A DNA stretch of 64,000 bases from NCBI GenBank assembly GCA_951406725.2, contig OX597821.1, positions 57,226,001 through 57,290,000 on the forward strand, in the 5' to 3' direction. The stretch comes from Octopus vulgaris (lineage: Eukaryota). The notes under the pieces were generated by a model. It had not been told where the DNA came from and searched no databases. It was given only the letters and a program-made list of their open reading frames with translations. Position 1 is the stretch's first letter; each line of letters begins with the position of its first letter. This document shows, piece after piece, positions 36,868-50,944 of the stretch. Made by a program: the position numbers and the translations under genes.

Positions 36868-39800
36868 CTGTATTTACAATGGGCTTCTTTCAGTTTCCAT
36901 CCACCAAATCCATTCACAGGGCTTTGATTGTCTAAAGGTTGTAGACTGAACAAAAAACCAATATGGTTGCGAAGCAAGCTTTTTAACCACCCTAACCCTA
37001 ACTCCTGCATCTACCCATGTTATGTAAATGATGTCATCCGGAGTAGGGTTTGATAGAAATGTTTTCCAACCCATCTTCCTGGTTTGTTGTGAAACGCAGA
37101 AAGTGGCGGCAGTGGCACAATGTTGATTTTACTCTTAAAGCAATATTTACAACAATGTTAACTACTCGTTGAGTTAATAACAAGCTGTTATTTGTTGTTT
37201 TAGTGATAGTGTTACGACGAATCCCACTTCTGGGCAATATTGGCCATCGATTATAAGATAAAAGATATTCTCAATGGAAATCATGCTCAAAGTCTTTAAC
37301 CATTTCAAGATGACTTGAAGTATGCTCTATTTACTGTTTGTGTGTGTGAGAGAGAAAGATTGTGTGTGTAATCCAATTCTGTCTTTTATTCACATTGTAC
37401 CTGGACTTCCCATCTCTTTCTTTCTTTCTTTCTCTCTCTCACTTTCCAGGTGGGCAAGCCATGTATTCACTTTTTCAGCAAGACACTTGCTCCTTTCTCT
37501 CTATCGTAACTTCTTATCCCTCCAGTCTATACTTCACTCATTTGAGGGTTCTTGTAGGGATTTGGCGACCTCACTGGTGCTGGGGCCACATAAAAAACAC
37601 CCTGTATATTTTAAGTGTTTAGCATTCGGAAGGGCATCCAGGTATAGAAAGCATACCAAAGCAGGCGTAGGAGCTGACAGAGCCTTCTGGCTCATCTGTT
37701 CTTGTCATACCATCTGACCCATGCCAGCATGGAAAAGGAGGTTAAATGATGATGATCTCACACACACCACACTCCTTGAATTAATAAATCAATCCAGCTC
37801 ACTATGGAAATAAAGGGGTATTTTGTTTTATGGACATTCTAGGAATTACGGAAGGGTTTTCTGCAAGGACCTTCATCCAAACTTAAACTTTTAGACTTTG
37901 CCTTCCATTCTACATTAAAAGGAACATCCATTTTCATATGGCAGGACATATATATTCAATAGTTACAGATAAAAAAATAGATGAAAGAATTTGTAGAACT
38001 AAAAATTCTCCTTTGGAAATGAAAATAAACCCCAAAACATGGTAAACGATGCTGTAACCAAAGCAAAAGAAATCCCAGAGAAACCTTCACAATGGAGGTT
38101 TTTTTTGTGAAAACAAAAGCATAACTTTTCCATTTGTAGTCGCCTGTAGTTCTAGAAATCGTAACATGTTACATTTGGTTAAATGATGCCTTCTGTTCCT
38201 ATGCCAATCACCAAATCCCAGAAAAATAATTAACCCTTTTGTCATCATGCTTCTAACGAAATACATTGTCTATATTTTTCAGTTAATTTTGCAATCTTTT
38301 AAGACCTATGATTTATTTACATAAAGAGTGAATCCCAATTTAATTACAAGGAAACAAAGAAAAAGAAAATAAAGGGGTCATGGATTAAGCAGTAGAAGAT
38401 GGGTGGGGAGTGGGTACACTCCAGACCAAATGGCATGTTCAGCCATACCCTGCAAACATGACCATGATAACGTTGCCATGGAGAATTGCCAACAACACTC
38501 ACTGCTGTAGCCATCCCACCTTGCAAGGTTCATTTTCCAGACAAGCTGCAGTAGTCCCAATTTTGCAGTGGAAATTGGCAGTGCAGGATCTAAGAACACC
38601 CAAAGTCTTGACAGTCAGGCTCCTATATTTATTTCGTTTTCTCTCCTCTGTGTTTTGTGTGGCTTTACCCAAATTTCAAGACTGTGCAGGGATTTAATTA
38701 ATCAATTGGTTCTTTTATAATTTATTCAGATACTAAACTTTATAGATAGAAAATAATTTAGCAGAAAAGTTCTTGTATGAAGGGTTACTGTAAAGTTCCT
38801 GGCTTTGGGTAAAAGAAAATACAGGAGAATCAGTTAATAATGATTATATTCAACATATTCCCATCTCAGATTCACACACTTATTGCAGCAGTCCTTCAGT
38901 TTTCTTAAGCCCTGTAAAAGTTGGGCCTCCAACCAGGCCTTTTGCAACCCCCTTAAAACCAGGAATGTTTCAGCACCCCCTCATATAAACATTATGACTG
39001 AAAAGTCCAACTGTTTTGGTACTAACTCCACCGAGACTGCTCCTGGTTCTGATATAAACTTTATGTGTTCAAATGTTCTAAATTAAAATCTTCCATCAAT
39101 ATTGTGTGTTAATTTATGTTCCAAACACCATATTAATAATGAAAGACTTATTGTTAGAAATTCTCCATTGTTTTCCAAATTAAGTGAAACAAAGGCAGTG
39201 TATTTTAGCAGAAATAGTGTAACAAAAGCTTCAATTTAAATATTGAACTCTTTAAAACAATTTAGCTTTGTATTAAAGACCCAGAGGCAGTCTCAAGAGG
39301 CTCGATACCAGAATGAGTTAAAATGAATTGTTGAGTGTAGATGAAACAAATTTGATTTAGATTTCAAAATTCCTAAGAGGATTCAATCTAAATCTCATAA
39401 GTTTTTGAATCGCTGTTTATATATATATGTGGCTATATGTGTGCATATGTATGTGCACATCATTATATTTGTGTGTGTGTGTGTGTGTAAGTGCTTGCAT
39501 AAATTTTATGCATATTGCTTACTTTATAAGTGGTAGGTGTGGGTATGTAATTCAGAAGTTTTCTTCTCAGTCACATGGTTTTCGGTTCAATACCAGTGCA
39601 GGGCAGATTGGACAAGTGTATATTATTACAGCCAAGCTGACCTGGTTGATGAAAGCCTTGTGAGTAGATTTGCTAAACAGAAACTAAAAGATGCCCACTA
39701 TGTGTGTGTGTGTGTGTATGTGTAACTGTAACTAGTTTCAGCTTGAAAGCTGTGGCCATGCTGGGGCACCACCATTATGTTGGTACATATGTACATACAT

Positions 39801-42800
39801 GTCACACACACATACACAGACGTATGTCTATAGATGTATGTTTGAACCTCCTTGTCTTGACTTTACATTAATGTTGTAATTGAATGTTGTTCCTTTTCAA
39901 TATTCTATGAAAAAAGGCGGCAAGCTGGCAGAAACGTTAGCGTGCCGGGTGAAATGCTTAGTGGTATTTTGTCTGTCTTTACATTCTGAGTTCAAATTCC
40001 GCTAAGGTCGACTTTGCCATTCATCCTTTTGGGTTTGATAATTAAGTACCAGTTGCATACTGGGATTGATCTAATCCACTGGCCCCCTCTCCAAATATTT
40101 TGGGCCTTATTGCTAGAGTAGAAAAGAATTATCTAATTCCATTTATGGTGGCTAGCTGGCAGAAATGTTAGCATGCCGGGCGAAATGCTTAGCAGTATTT
40201 CATCTGTCTTTACGGTTTGAGTTCAAATTTCACTAAGGTCGACTTTGCCTTTCATCCTTTTGAGGTTGATAAATTAAGTACCAGTTGTGTACTGGGGTTG
40301 ATCTAATCAACTGCCCTCCACCAAATTTCGGGTCTTGTGCCTAGAATAGAAAAGAATATTCTATGGAAAAAATGTCTGGCTATGGAGATAATGCCTCACT
40401 TGGAAACAAAAGAGGGCTAACAACAGGGAAGGCATCTGGCTGTAGAAAATGCATCGGAAAGTGGGCAATAAAATGATGATGATGATGACGATGTGTATGT
40501 GTGAGTGCTTGTCTACTTTTGACCCACAAATGCCATGGAGCTGTTCAAAATGTAATTTATTGTTGACTTAGCATTGTTGCTCTGGAGGCATTATAAGAAT
40601 TAGATATTGATAGCATGCTGCACTAAGTGAGTTGAGAGAATGAAGTTTTACTTTTCACTTTGTATTTCACTGTGGACTAAAGCATGCAATCAATCGACCT
40701 GGTCCTGCGCAGTAGCAACAACAGCCTCTCAATCACTGATTGCACTGTGTCACTTTTAAGTCTATTGTTCTTGTCAAGAGGAATCAATTATGTACCACAT
40801 AAGCTATCTCTTTGAACCAACTGGCTCGTTCAATGAATTTAATCATTTTACTATTAAGTACACTGCTTCTCTCTCTCTCTCTCTCACTCTGTCTCTCCCC
40901 CTCACATACACAAATGCACATGTACATGTAAACACACCTTATATTTATACATCCACATGTTAATATATATTTGTACACATTCATACTCATTCAAGCGCAG
41001 AATCTAGTTTCTGTGTGTATGTAGGTTCATGGCGTAGTGGTTAGGGTGTTGCACTCATTATCATAAGATTGTGGTTTCAATACCTGAACTAGGCAGTGTG
41101 TTGTGTTCTTGAGCAAAACACTTTGTTTCAATTTGGCCCACTCCACTCAGCTGTAAATGAGTAACCATTCAATGGACTGGCCTTCTGTTCAGGGGCTAAT
41201 GTTGTGTCTCTGTTACTTATACACTATAGAGACTAGGTTACAAACCTGATGTCTCTTAGGAATCAAGACAGTACGGCCCATGGGTTGATGATAATAACAA
41301 TAACGATAGTGTGCATGCATGTGTGTGTGTGTTTTATATCTGTGTACGTATGAATGTTCTTCACAACTAATATAATCTAGAACAACATGTATGACCCCCA
41401 ATCAATGAGGGCATTAAGACAGGACTTGAATCATAAGCACCTGTCTAGTTTATATCCACATAGGAAACAGATCTAAAATACTGTTGATGATGATGATGAT
41501 AAAATTCGCAAAACTCCTGTGCTTATATATTAACCTTGTACTTACATATTGGTTTCAAATTTTGGCAAAGAGGCAAGTTGATTACATGAACCCCAGTGTT
41601 TAACTGGTACTTATTTTATCAACCCTGAAAGGATGACAGGCAAAGTTGATCCTCACAGAATTTGAACTCAAAACATGGAGACGGAATAAATACTACTAAG
41701 CTTTTTGCCAAGCATGCTAACGATTCTGCCAGCTTGCCACCTTATATATTAAGTGTATATATGTGTGTATACATATACGCTCTTAACTATGATTATGTGC
41801 TTTCCACCTACACACAGACACACATCTTATGAGGTCTTCTCATTCATATGCAGACACATGTTATCATTTCCACATAATTTGAGTTTTAACCCCAATTTCC
41901 TTCCCTCACACCAAAGTTTAATATGTTTTATCTTAGTCAAGTTCACCTCTTTATAGGCATCACTAATAGTATTCATATTGGTTTGAAATTGAGTCCCAAA
42001 GCTAGCAAGCTTGAAGGAGGGGAGTAAGCTGATTACATCAACCCCAGTACTCAACTGGTACTTATTTCATTGACCCCAAAAGGATGAAAGACAAAGTCAA
42101 CCATGGCAGAATTTGGACTTAGGACATAAAGTCAGACGAAATGCCGCTAAGCATTTCGTCCGGCATGCTAATGATTCTTATTTCTTTATTGCCCACAAGG
42201 GGCTAAACATAGAGGGGGACAAACAAGGACAGACAAAGGGATTAAGTCGATTACATTGACCCCAGTGCGTAACTGGTACTTAATTTATTGACCCCAAAAG
42301 GATGAAAGGCAAAGGCGACCTTGGCAGAATTTGAACTTAGAACGTAGCAGCAGACAAAATACAACGAAGTATTTCACCCGGCTTGCTTACATTTCTGCTA
42401 GTTCGCCGCCTTAATAATAATGATGATAATATTAATAATGATAATAATAATAATAATAATAATCATCGTTTAACATACTTTTTCCATGCTGGCATGGGTT
42501 GGACAATTTGACTGAGAACTGGCAAGCCAAGAGACCTCACCAGGCTCTAATCTGATCTGGCAGAGTTTCTACAGCTGGATACCCTTCCTAACTGGCAATG
42601 ACCCATGCATGAATGGTGCTTATTGTGTGCCACCAGCACGGGAGCCAGTCAGGTGGCACTGGCATCAGCCACAACTACAATTTCCATTTGATTTTGATTG
42701 ACTCAGGAGGCCTTGTGCCTCCAGTAATTTAGGAGAAGGGGACTAGTCAGTTACATTGACCCCAGCACTCAGTTGGTACTTATTTTATCGACCTCAAAAG

Positions 42801-45800
42801 GATGAAAGACCCAAAAAGAATGAAAGTCGACCTCGGGAGAATTTGAATACAGAACACGTTTTGCTCTTTGTGCTAATGATTCTCCCACCTCCTCACTAAT
42901 ATTATTCATATTGTTATCAAATTTTGGCACAAAACCAGCAGGTCCAGCTGAGGGGTAAGCTGGTTACATCGATCCCAGTGTTCAACTGTTTCTTATTTTA
43001 TCAACCTCAAAAGGATGAAAAGCAAATTCGACTTAATCAGAATTCGAACACAGAACACAAAGACCATTGAAATGCTGCCAAGCATTTTGCCCAGCATGCT
43101 AACGATTCTGTCAGCTCACCACGTTTCTATGATTTCAATTTCTGGCACAACGCCAGCAATTTTGGGGTAGGGGTAAGTCGATTCCATTGACCCTCCCCCC
43201 CCCCACCCCAGTGATCAACTGTTTACTTATTTTATCAACCCTGGAAAGATGAAAGACAAAGCTGTCCGCAGCCATATTTGAACTCAGAACATAAATACAG
43301 ACAAAATGCTGCTAAGCACTTTGCGTCGCATGCAAATGGTTCCATCAGCTTATCACCTGATTGTAATAATCAATGTAATAAATAACCTACGAGGGAAATA
43401 AAATAGTTTCTTCCTATAAAATTCTTGTATAAATTGTAAAACAGGAGAAAACACTTTATGGAGATGATTCTGTTCAGTTACTGTTCTCTCCAAGCGGCAA
43501 TTTCCATTTAATGGGCCATCGAAGTCCACCCTCTCATATAAAAGAGGGTGGAGGCTGTTTTATTGCCCAATAAATTACTTATATATATTCAAGAGTTTCA
43601 TAATATATAGTGTCGGTGCGTTTCTCTACATATTCATTTGCCAAGGTCTTTAATATCAAGAATGTGTGTGTGTGTCTTTATCTTTCAGTTGTTTCAGTCA
43701 TCTGACTGTGGCCATGCTGGAGCACCACCTCGAAGATTTTTGTGAACCAAATCAACCCCAGTACTTATTTATCTTTTGAATCTGGCCCTTGTGTTGGTTT
43801 CTTTTATACCAAACTGCTAAGTTATGAGGATGTAAACAAACCAACACCAGTTGTCAAGTGGAAGTGAAAAGCAAAACACAACACAACTTTTGCTTATTTC
43901 AATCACTAGTCTGTGGTCATGCTGGAGCACTGCTTTGAAGGATTTGTTGACCAAATCAACGCCAGTACTTATTCTATGCTTGTTACTTCTTACTGTACGA
44001 CTAAGTTATGGAGACATAAACAAACCAACAGCTGTTTATTTTGTGATCCAAAAGAAAATAAAACAGCTTAATATATCCTTATGTTAGAAGTGTGAAGAGT
44101 CTGATGTATGTTTATCCATATACTAGGATTACATAATTGGAACTGAAGGTTTCATGCTATTGATCTTATTAGTGATTGAACTCATCCGAGGATCGTTAAG
44201 CCAGTGAGGACACAGCTGGCCGTAAGATTGATTGCCCACAGTTTTGAGGTTTGGATATGTATAATCTTATTTACTTTACTTAAGACTAGTACATACATTT
44301 TTAATGTGGATTATTTCAGTTGCATGTATGTACATACGTACATGCATATATCACCGTGGTCACCATGACTGACCAGGCTATCAGATGTTACTACATATCG
44401 TTGGTCACAATGCGCTTCATATTGTTTTAACCTTCAAATGACGCCACCCCACTGGCTAAATGAGCAGGCCAACAGAAGAAAGATTGAGAGAAAGTTGTGG
44501 CGAGAGAGTACAGCAGGGATTGCCACCACCCCACTGCCGGAGCCTTGTGGAGCTTTAGGTGTTTTCGCTCAATAAACACTCACAACACCCAGTTTGGGAA
44601 TCGAAACCGCAATCCTACAACTGTGAGTCTGCTGCCCTAATCACTGGGCTATTGTGCCTCCACACATGCATATATATATATATATATACATATATACACA
44701 CACACACACACATATGTAACCAAGCTGTCTGGAGAAAAGTGTGACTGAACTTGGGTTCTTGGGGAGAGAACATAAATCTTTAATTCATAATCTACAGATG
44801 ATCATATCTGGCATTATAAAAATCTACAAGACCTTCTTAAGATTTAAAGGATGATGGACAAAACGAGATGCTTTCCTTCACAATCTTGCTACCAAGCAAG
44901 AGAAATTGAACATAACCACATACAAACATATACGCATGCATGCATACATGCACACAACAAAAGATCTTGTCTTGGACTATAAAAATCTGCAAGACCTGCT
45001 TAAAATGTAAAAGATGATGAACAAATAGGCGCAGGAGTGGCTGTGTCTTCACAGCCTTGTTACAGCCCATCGTATATATGTATATATATATATATATGCG
45101 TGTGTGTGTTTGTGTGTCTGTGTTTGTCCCCCTAGCATTGCTTGACAACCGATGCTGATGTGTTTATGTCCCCGTTACCTTGCGGTTCGGCAAAAGAGAC
45201 CGATAGAATAAGTACTGGGCTTACAAAAGAATAAGTCCCTGGGTCGAGTTGCTCGATTAAAGGCGGTGCTCCAGCATGGCCGCAGTCAAATGACTGAAAC
45301 AAGTAAAAGGGTAAAGGGTAAAAGGGTAAATCAAGATGCTTTTCTTCACAGCCTTGTTACAAAGTTGATGGCCAGTCAAAGCAAGAAAACACACACATAC
45401 ACACACACACACACGCACGCACACACACACAACTAATGCACTTAAAGCCTTGAAGGTAGCTTTCCTCATTTCCTTTATCTTCATTAAATGTGCTGCCTTC
45501 TTCCTAAACAAGACATCAATCAATACTAAGAATTACTTCTAATTACAGCTTTATAAAGAAATGTAACACATGACCAAAAAAAAACAAAAAAAAAAACAAA
45601 AAGAATTACATGCTGTGTGTTTGGAATAATAATAACGTATGTATTTATTTTGTCTGGTATTGATACTAAATACAGTGTCTTAATTTTCTTCATTATTTAC
45701 AGAATGTTTTCAAAAAAAATACCTGCCAGAAGAAACTCAAATCCATTTATTGCATATGTTTGGTGGTGTTATGTCAGGGGACCAGGTAAGTTACTATGAT

Positions 45801-47828
45801 GGAACTATAATTACATTAAAGAGATTTTAGCTAATTAATTCATTAATGACGCCAGTTTCAGAAAGATGTTGGGTTTTAAAATGTGTATGTGTGGGTTTTT
45901 GTGAGTTTAATATGTGTATGTGTCAGTCTGTTGGTTATGGTACCATGTTAAAAGCTCTGGTGATGGTGCCATGTAAAAAAAACTCTGGGGATGATTCCAT
46001 GTAAAATGCTCTGGTGATGGTGTCACACAAAACGCTTTGGTGATGGTGCCACATAAAATCTCTGATGGTGCCACACAAAAAGCTCTGGTGATGGTTCCAT
46101 GTAAAATGCTCTGGTGATGGTTTCACATAAAACATTCTGGTGATGGTGCCACAAAAAGCTCTAGTGATGGTACCACATAAAAAGTTCTGCTGATGGTGTC
46201 ACAGGAAAAGCTCTGGTGATGGTGTCACACAAAAAGCTCTGGTGATGGTGCCTCATAAAAATCTCTGGTGATGGTGTCACATGAAAAAAGGTCTGGTGAT
46301 AGTACCTCTTAAAAAGCACCGGTGCTGGCACTTTGTAAAAGATGCTGTGCCATGTAAAAGACACTGGTCTTTGTGCCATGTAAGAAGCACTGGTGCTGTT
46401 ACCATGTCAAAAGCATCTGTTATAGTGGCTGGCATTAGGAAGGGCATCCAACAATAGAAACCATATCAAAACAGACAATGGAACCTGGTGCAGCTCTTTG
46501 CCTTGCCAGATCCTGTCAAATTGTCCAATCCTTGCCAGCATTAAAAATGGACTTTAAGTAATGATGATGATGATGATGTGTGCATATACACAGTGTGTGA
46601 GAGTTATTTGTGGACATATTTGGTAATTCAATAAAACAAACTCTAATTTAGCAAAAACCAAATGTATTTTATTAAAAAATTTGTGATCGTGTTCATATGT
46701 TTTCTTTTTAAGATTGTTTTATAAATCTGTCCTCGGCTTTGAAGCTTCACTGTTGGGTGGTAATGGATGTTGAATCAAAGTCTGCCAGTATGAGAAATGG
46801 ACAAGGGTGAATTGTGATGCCATTGATATTAATTCTGATTATAAAGTGGTGAACTGGCAGAATCGTTAGCAAGCTAGACAAATTATTTAACAGCTTTGCT
46901 TCTGTCTTTATGTCTAAGTTCAAATTCTGCCACGGTGAACTTTGCCTTCATCCTTTCAATGTTGATGAAACAAGTACTTATTTCTTTACTACCCCACTAA
47001 ATACAGAGGAGACAAATAAGGACAGACAGACGGATTAAGTCGATTATATTAACCGCAGTGCGTAACTGGTACTTAATTTATCAACCCCGAAAGGATGAAA
47101 GGTAAAGTCGACCTTGGCGGAATTTGAACTCAGAACGTAACGGCAGACAAATTACCGTTTACCATTTCGCCCGGCGTGCTAACATTTCTGCCAGCTCGCC
47201 GCCTTATGAAACAAGTACCAGTTGAGTACTGAGGTTGATGTCCTTGACTAACCTCCTCTTCACAAAACTTCAGGCCTTGTGCCTATTGTAGGAAGCATTA
47301 TTGTTATTATTATTATTATCATCATTATTGTTATGAAGGTGGCAAGCTGGCAGAAATGTTAGCACTCTGGGCGAAATGTGTAGTGATATTTTGTCTGTCT
47401 CTACATTCTGAGTTCAAATTCAGCTGAGTTCGACTTTGCCTTTCATCCTTTCGAGGTCAATAAATCAAGTACCAGTTGCATACTGGGGTTGATCTAATTG
47501 ACTGGCTGCCTCCCCCAAAATTTCGGGCCTTGTACCTAGAATAGAAAAGATTATTATCATTATTATTATTATTATTATTATGAAAGTGGCAAGCTGGCAG
47601 AATCGTAAGCATGCTGGGCGAAATACTTAGCAGTATTTCATCTGCTGCTACGTTCTGAGTTCAAATTCAGCTGAGGTCCACTTTGTCTTTCATCCTTTTG
47701 GGGTCAATAAATTAAGTACCAGTGAAACATTGGGGTCAACGTAACCAAAAATATCAGGCCTTTTGCCTTTAGTAGAGAGGATTATTATTATTATTATTAT
47801 TATTATAATAATAATAATAATAATAATA

Positions 47829-47881
<53 letters not shown>

Positions 47882-48984
47882 AATGATGTGGTGAGTTGAC
47901 AGAACTTTTAGCACACCGGGCAACTACTTAATGGCATTTTGTCTGTCTTTGTAGTCTGAGTTCAAATTCTGCTGATGTCGACTTTATCGTTCACCTTTTT
48001 GGGCTTAATGAAATAGATACCAGTCAAGTACAGGGTTTAATGTAATTGACCCCAGCTCCAGTGCCTCCAAATTTTAGGCCTTGTATCTATAAATCTGATT
48101 ATATTGATGAGCAAAATACTGATGATGATGATAATGATGAACATTATGATGAAAATTGTTGTTTTGTTATTTTCCTTAGCACAATGCCTTACGGTCAATC
48201 ACTCCAGCCACGTTGGATGTCTTGTTAAAAGCTTTGTCTTCTCAGAAGCCCCAAAACGAACTAGATGCTCCAGCCAGGTGGGCAATTCCACTGAAGGAAG
48301 TGGTTCTCAAATGCATTGTACGGATGGTGCATGTTATTCATTGTTCCTGTCCAGACCAGGTGAGAATATTTTTAATTATCTTCCCTGCCTTTCTACCTTT
48401 ACATGTACATTTTTTTATCCTTCATTTGTTTCAGTCATTGGAATGTGGCCATGCCAGAGCACTGCCTTGATAGGTTTTTAGTTGAATAAATCGACCACTT
48501 ATTTTTTAAAAAATCTGGTACTTATTCTATCAGCCTCTTTTGTTGAACTGCTAAGTTAACAAAATTGTAAACCAACCAACACCAATTGTGAAGCACTGAG
48601 GGGAACCAGCACAAACACACAAACACATGCACACACACACGCGCGCGTGCGCGCATTCACATGCACATGCACAAACACACACAATTGATGGGCTTCCACA
48701 CAGCTTCCATTGACTGAATCCACTGGCCCAGAGCTATAGTACAGTGGGACTGAAACCTAAACCACATGGTTACAAAGTGAACTTTTTAACCACACACTCG
48801 TATTACACATAACATCACAAGTACATATTTCCATGGTAGACTTCTTGCATTTTCTGTCTATTAAATCCACTTACAAGGCTTTGTTAGCTCAGGGCTACAA
48901 TAGAAAATACTTCTCCAAGATGTCATGCAGAGGTGATATTGAAACCAAAACCATACAGTTGGGGAGTGAACTTTTCTTGGTAGC

Positions 48985-49021
<37 letters not shown>

Positions 49022-50894
49022 GGTAGCTTGTTTCTGTCCATTCTTGTTAGCTGTCACTCTCTTTCTCTCTTGCTCTTTCTCTTCCTCTCTCTCTCTCTCT
49101 CACCCTCTTTCTGGCTGAGTAACTATGAACCTCCTCTGCAGCAAGACATCTGTTTCAGCCTCTCAGTCACATTCTAATCTGTCATCATCTGATAAAAGAT
49201 CACCTCCTGCAATGCCCCCTCCCTTATCAAAGACTCCTTGTCTTGCAAAGTTACTTGGTGACCCTGCTGGTGTCACTTAAAAAGCACCCAGTCTGCACTG
49301 TAAAGTGGTTGGCATTTGGAAGGGCATCCAGCTGTAAAAACCACACCAAAACTGACCTCATTTGTGTTAGTGCCGAGTAAGAAGCACTCAGCCCACTCTA
49401 CTGAGTGGTTGGTGTTAGGAAAGGCATCCAGCCATAAAAAAAAACATGCCAAATAGACACAGAAGCATGGCGCAGGCTCCTGCCTGGCCAGTTCCTGTCA
49501 AACCATCCAAGCCATGGCAGCATAAAAAGAGGGTGTTAAATAATGATGAAGATTATACATATATATATTTATCTCATCATTATCATTGATTAACATCTGT
49601 TTTCCGTGCTGGCATTGGTTGAATGGTTTGACTGAGGTCTGGAGAGCCAGTGGCTGCACCAGGCTCCAATTTGGTCTGGCAGTGTTTCTACAGCTGGATG
49701 CCCTTTCTAATGCCAGCCACTCCGAGAATGTAGTGGGTGCTTTTTACGTGCCATTGACACAGGAGCCAGTAAGGTGGGTCTGGCAACGATCACGTTCTGA
49801 TGGTGCTTTTTACTTGCCATTGGCACAGGAACCAGGAGGGGGGGTCTCGTGTCGGTCATGATTGGTTGTTGCTTTTTACGTGCCACTGGCACTGGAGCCA
49901 GTAAGGTGGGCCTGGCAATAAACACCTTCAGTTAGTGCTTTTTAAGTGCCACCGGCACAGGAGCCAGTCAGTGGGTACTGGCATCGGTCACAACCAGTAG
50001 GTGCTTTTTATGTACCACCAGCACTGGGGCTAGTAAGGTGGACCTGGCATCTACCATGCTCGGATGGTGCCTTTTATGTGCCAGCCAGGGAGCCCCAGCC
50101 CTAGCTACGATATTGTTTTAGTTGACTCAACAAGTCTTCTCAAGCATATCATATTACCTAATGCATCAGGAGTATCTTTAACAGGGCTGGACGTGTGTAG
50201 ATGCCATCTCACTTTAGTTGCCAGGTCTTCTCAATCAGAGGATATCTCCAAAGGTCCTGGTTTCCTGTCATTACCTCTGTGAGGCCCAATGTTCGAAGGT
50301 CATACTTCACCACCTCATCCCATGTTTTCCTGGTTGTACCTCTTCTAAAGGTTCCTTCTGCAGGTAGGGAGTGGCACTTCCTCACACAGCTGTCTTCATT
50401 CATATGTAACATATGGCTAAACCAGCGCAGTCACCTCTCTTGCACACCATGTTTTTATGTGCTGCCATTAGCTTCATGTGATGAGAGCATGCCAGACAGT
50501 ATTTTTAATATATCTGGTGTCTGGCATGCTCTCAGCACATGAAACTAATAGTAGCACATAAACACATATATAGTGTTTATTAGATAATTATATTATATAT
50601 ATATATATATATATAAATTTATATATAGAGGGCATTATACATACATGCCAGGCATTATACATACATGCCACACGCTAAGAGGGACAATTAGTCATTTCTA
50701 CCAGAAATGACTAATTGTCCCTCTTGTGTGATGTATGTATAATGCCTCTATGTATGTATAATGCCCTCTATATATAAATTAATATGTTCAATAAGAAATA
50801 ATTATTTTGAAATTTTTTCTCTTATGAGGTCTTTCACGCTATCTACCTGACAATTTCTTGTTAAGTTTTCCTTATTAAGTAGTTGTCCTTATTG

Positions 50895-50944
<50 letters not shown>

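Noticed and set aside
44146-44192. Further hammerhead-like cores (here on -, and CTGATGAG at ~57982 on +)
   Set aside because: No pairable stems I/II and no palindromic stem III.
47690-47923. Poly-isoleucine ORF and the many [12 protein letters not shown] ORFs
   Set aside because: Translations of microsatellites.
49736-50090. CRISPR-like repeat/spacer look (also 22970-23225)
   Set aside because: The 'spacers' are homologous to each other, there are no cas genes, and the array lies in a eukaryotic LINE 3' UTR.
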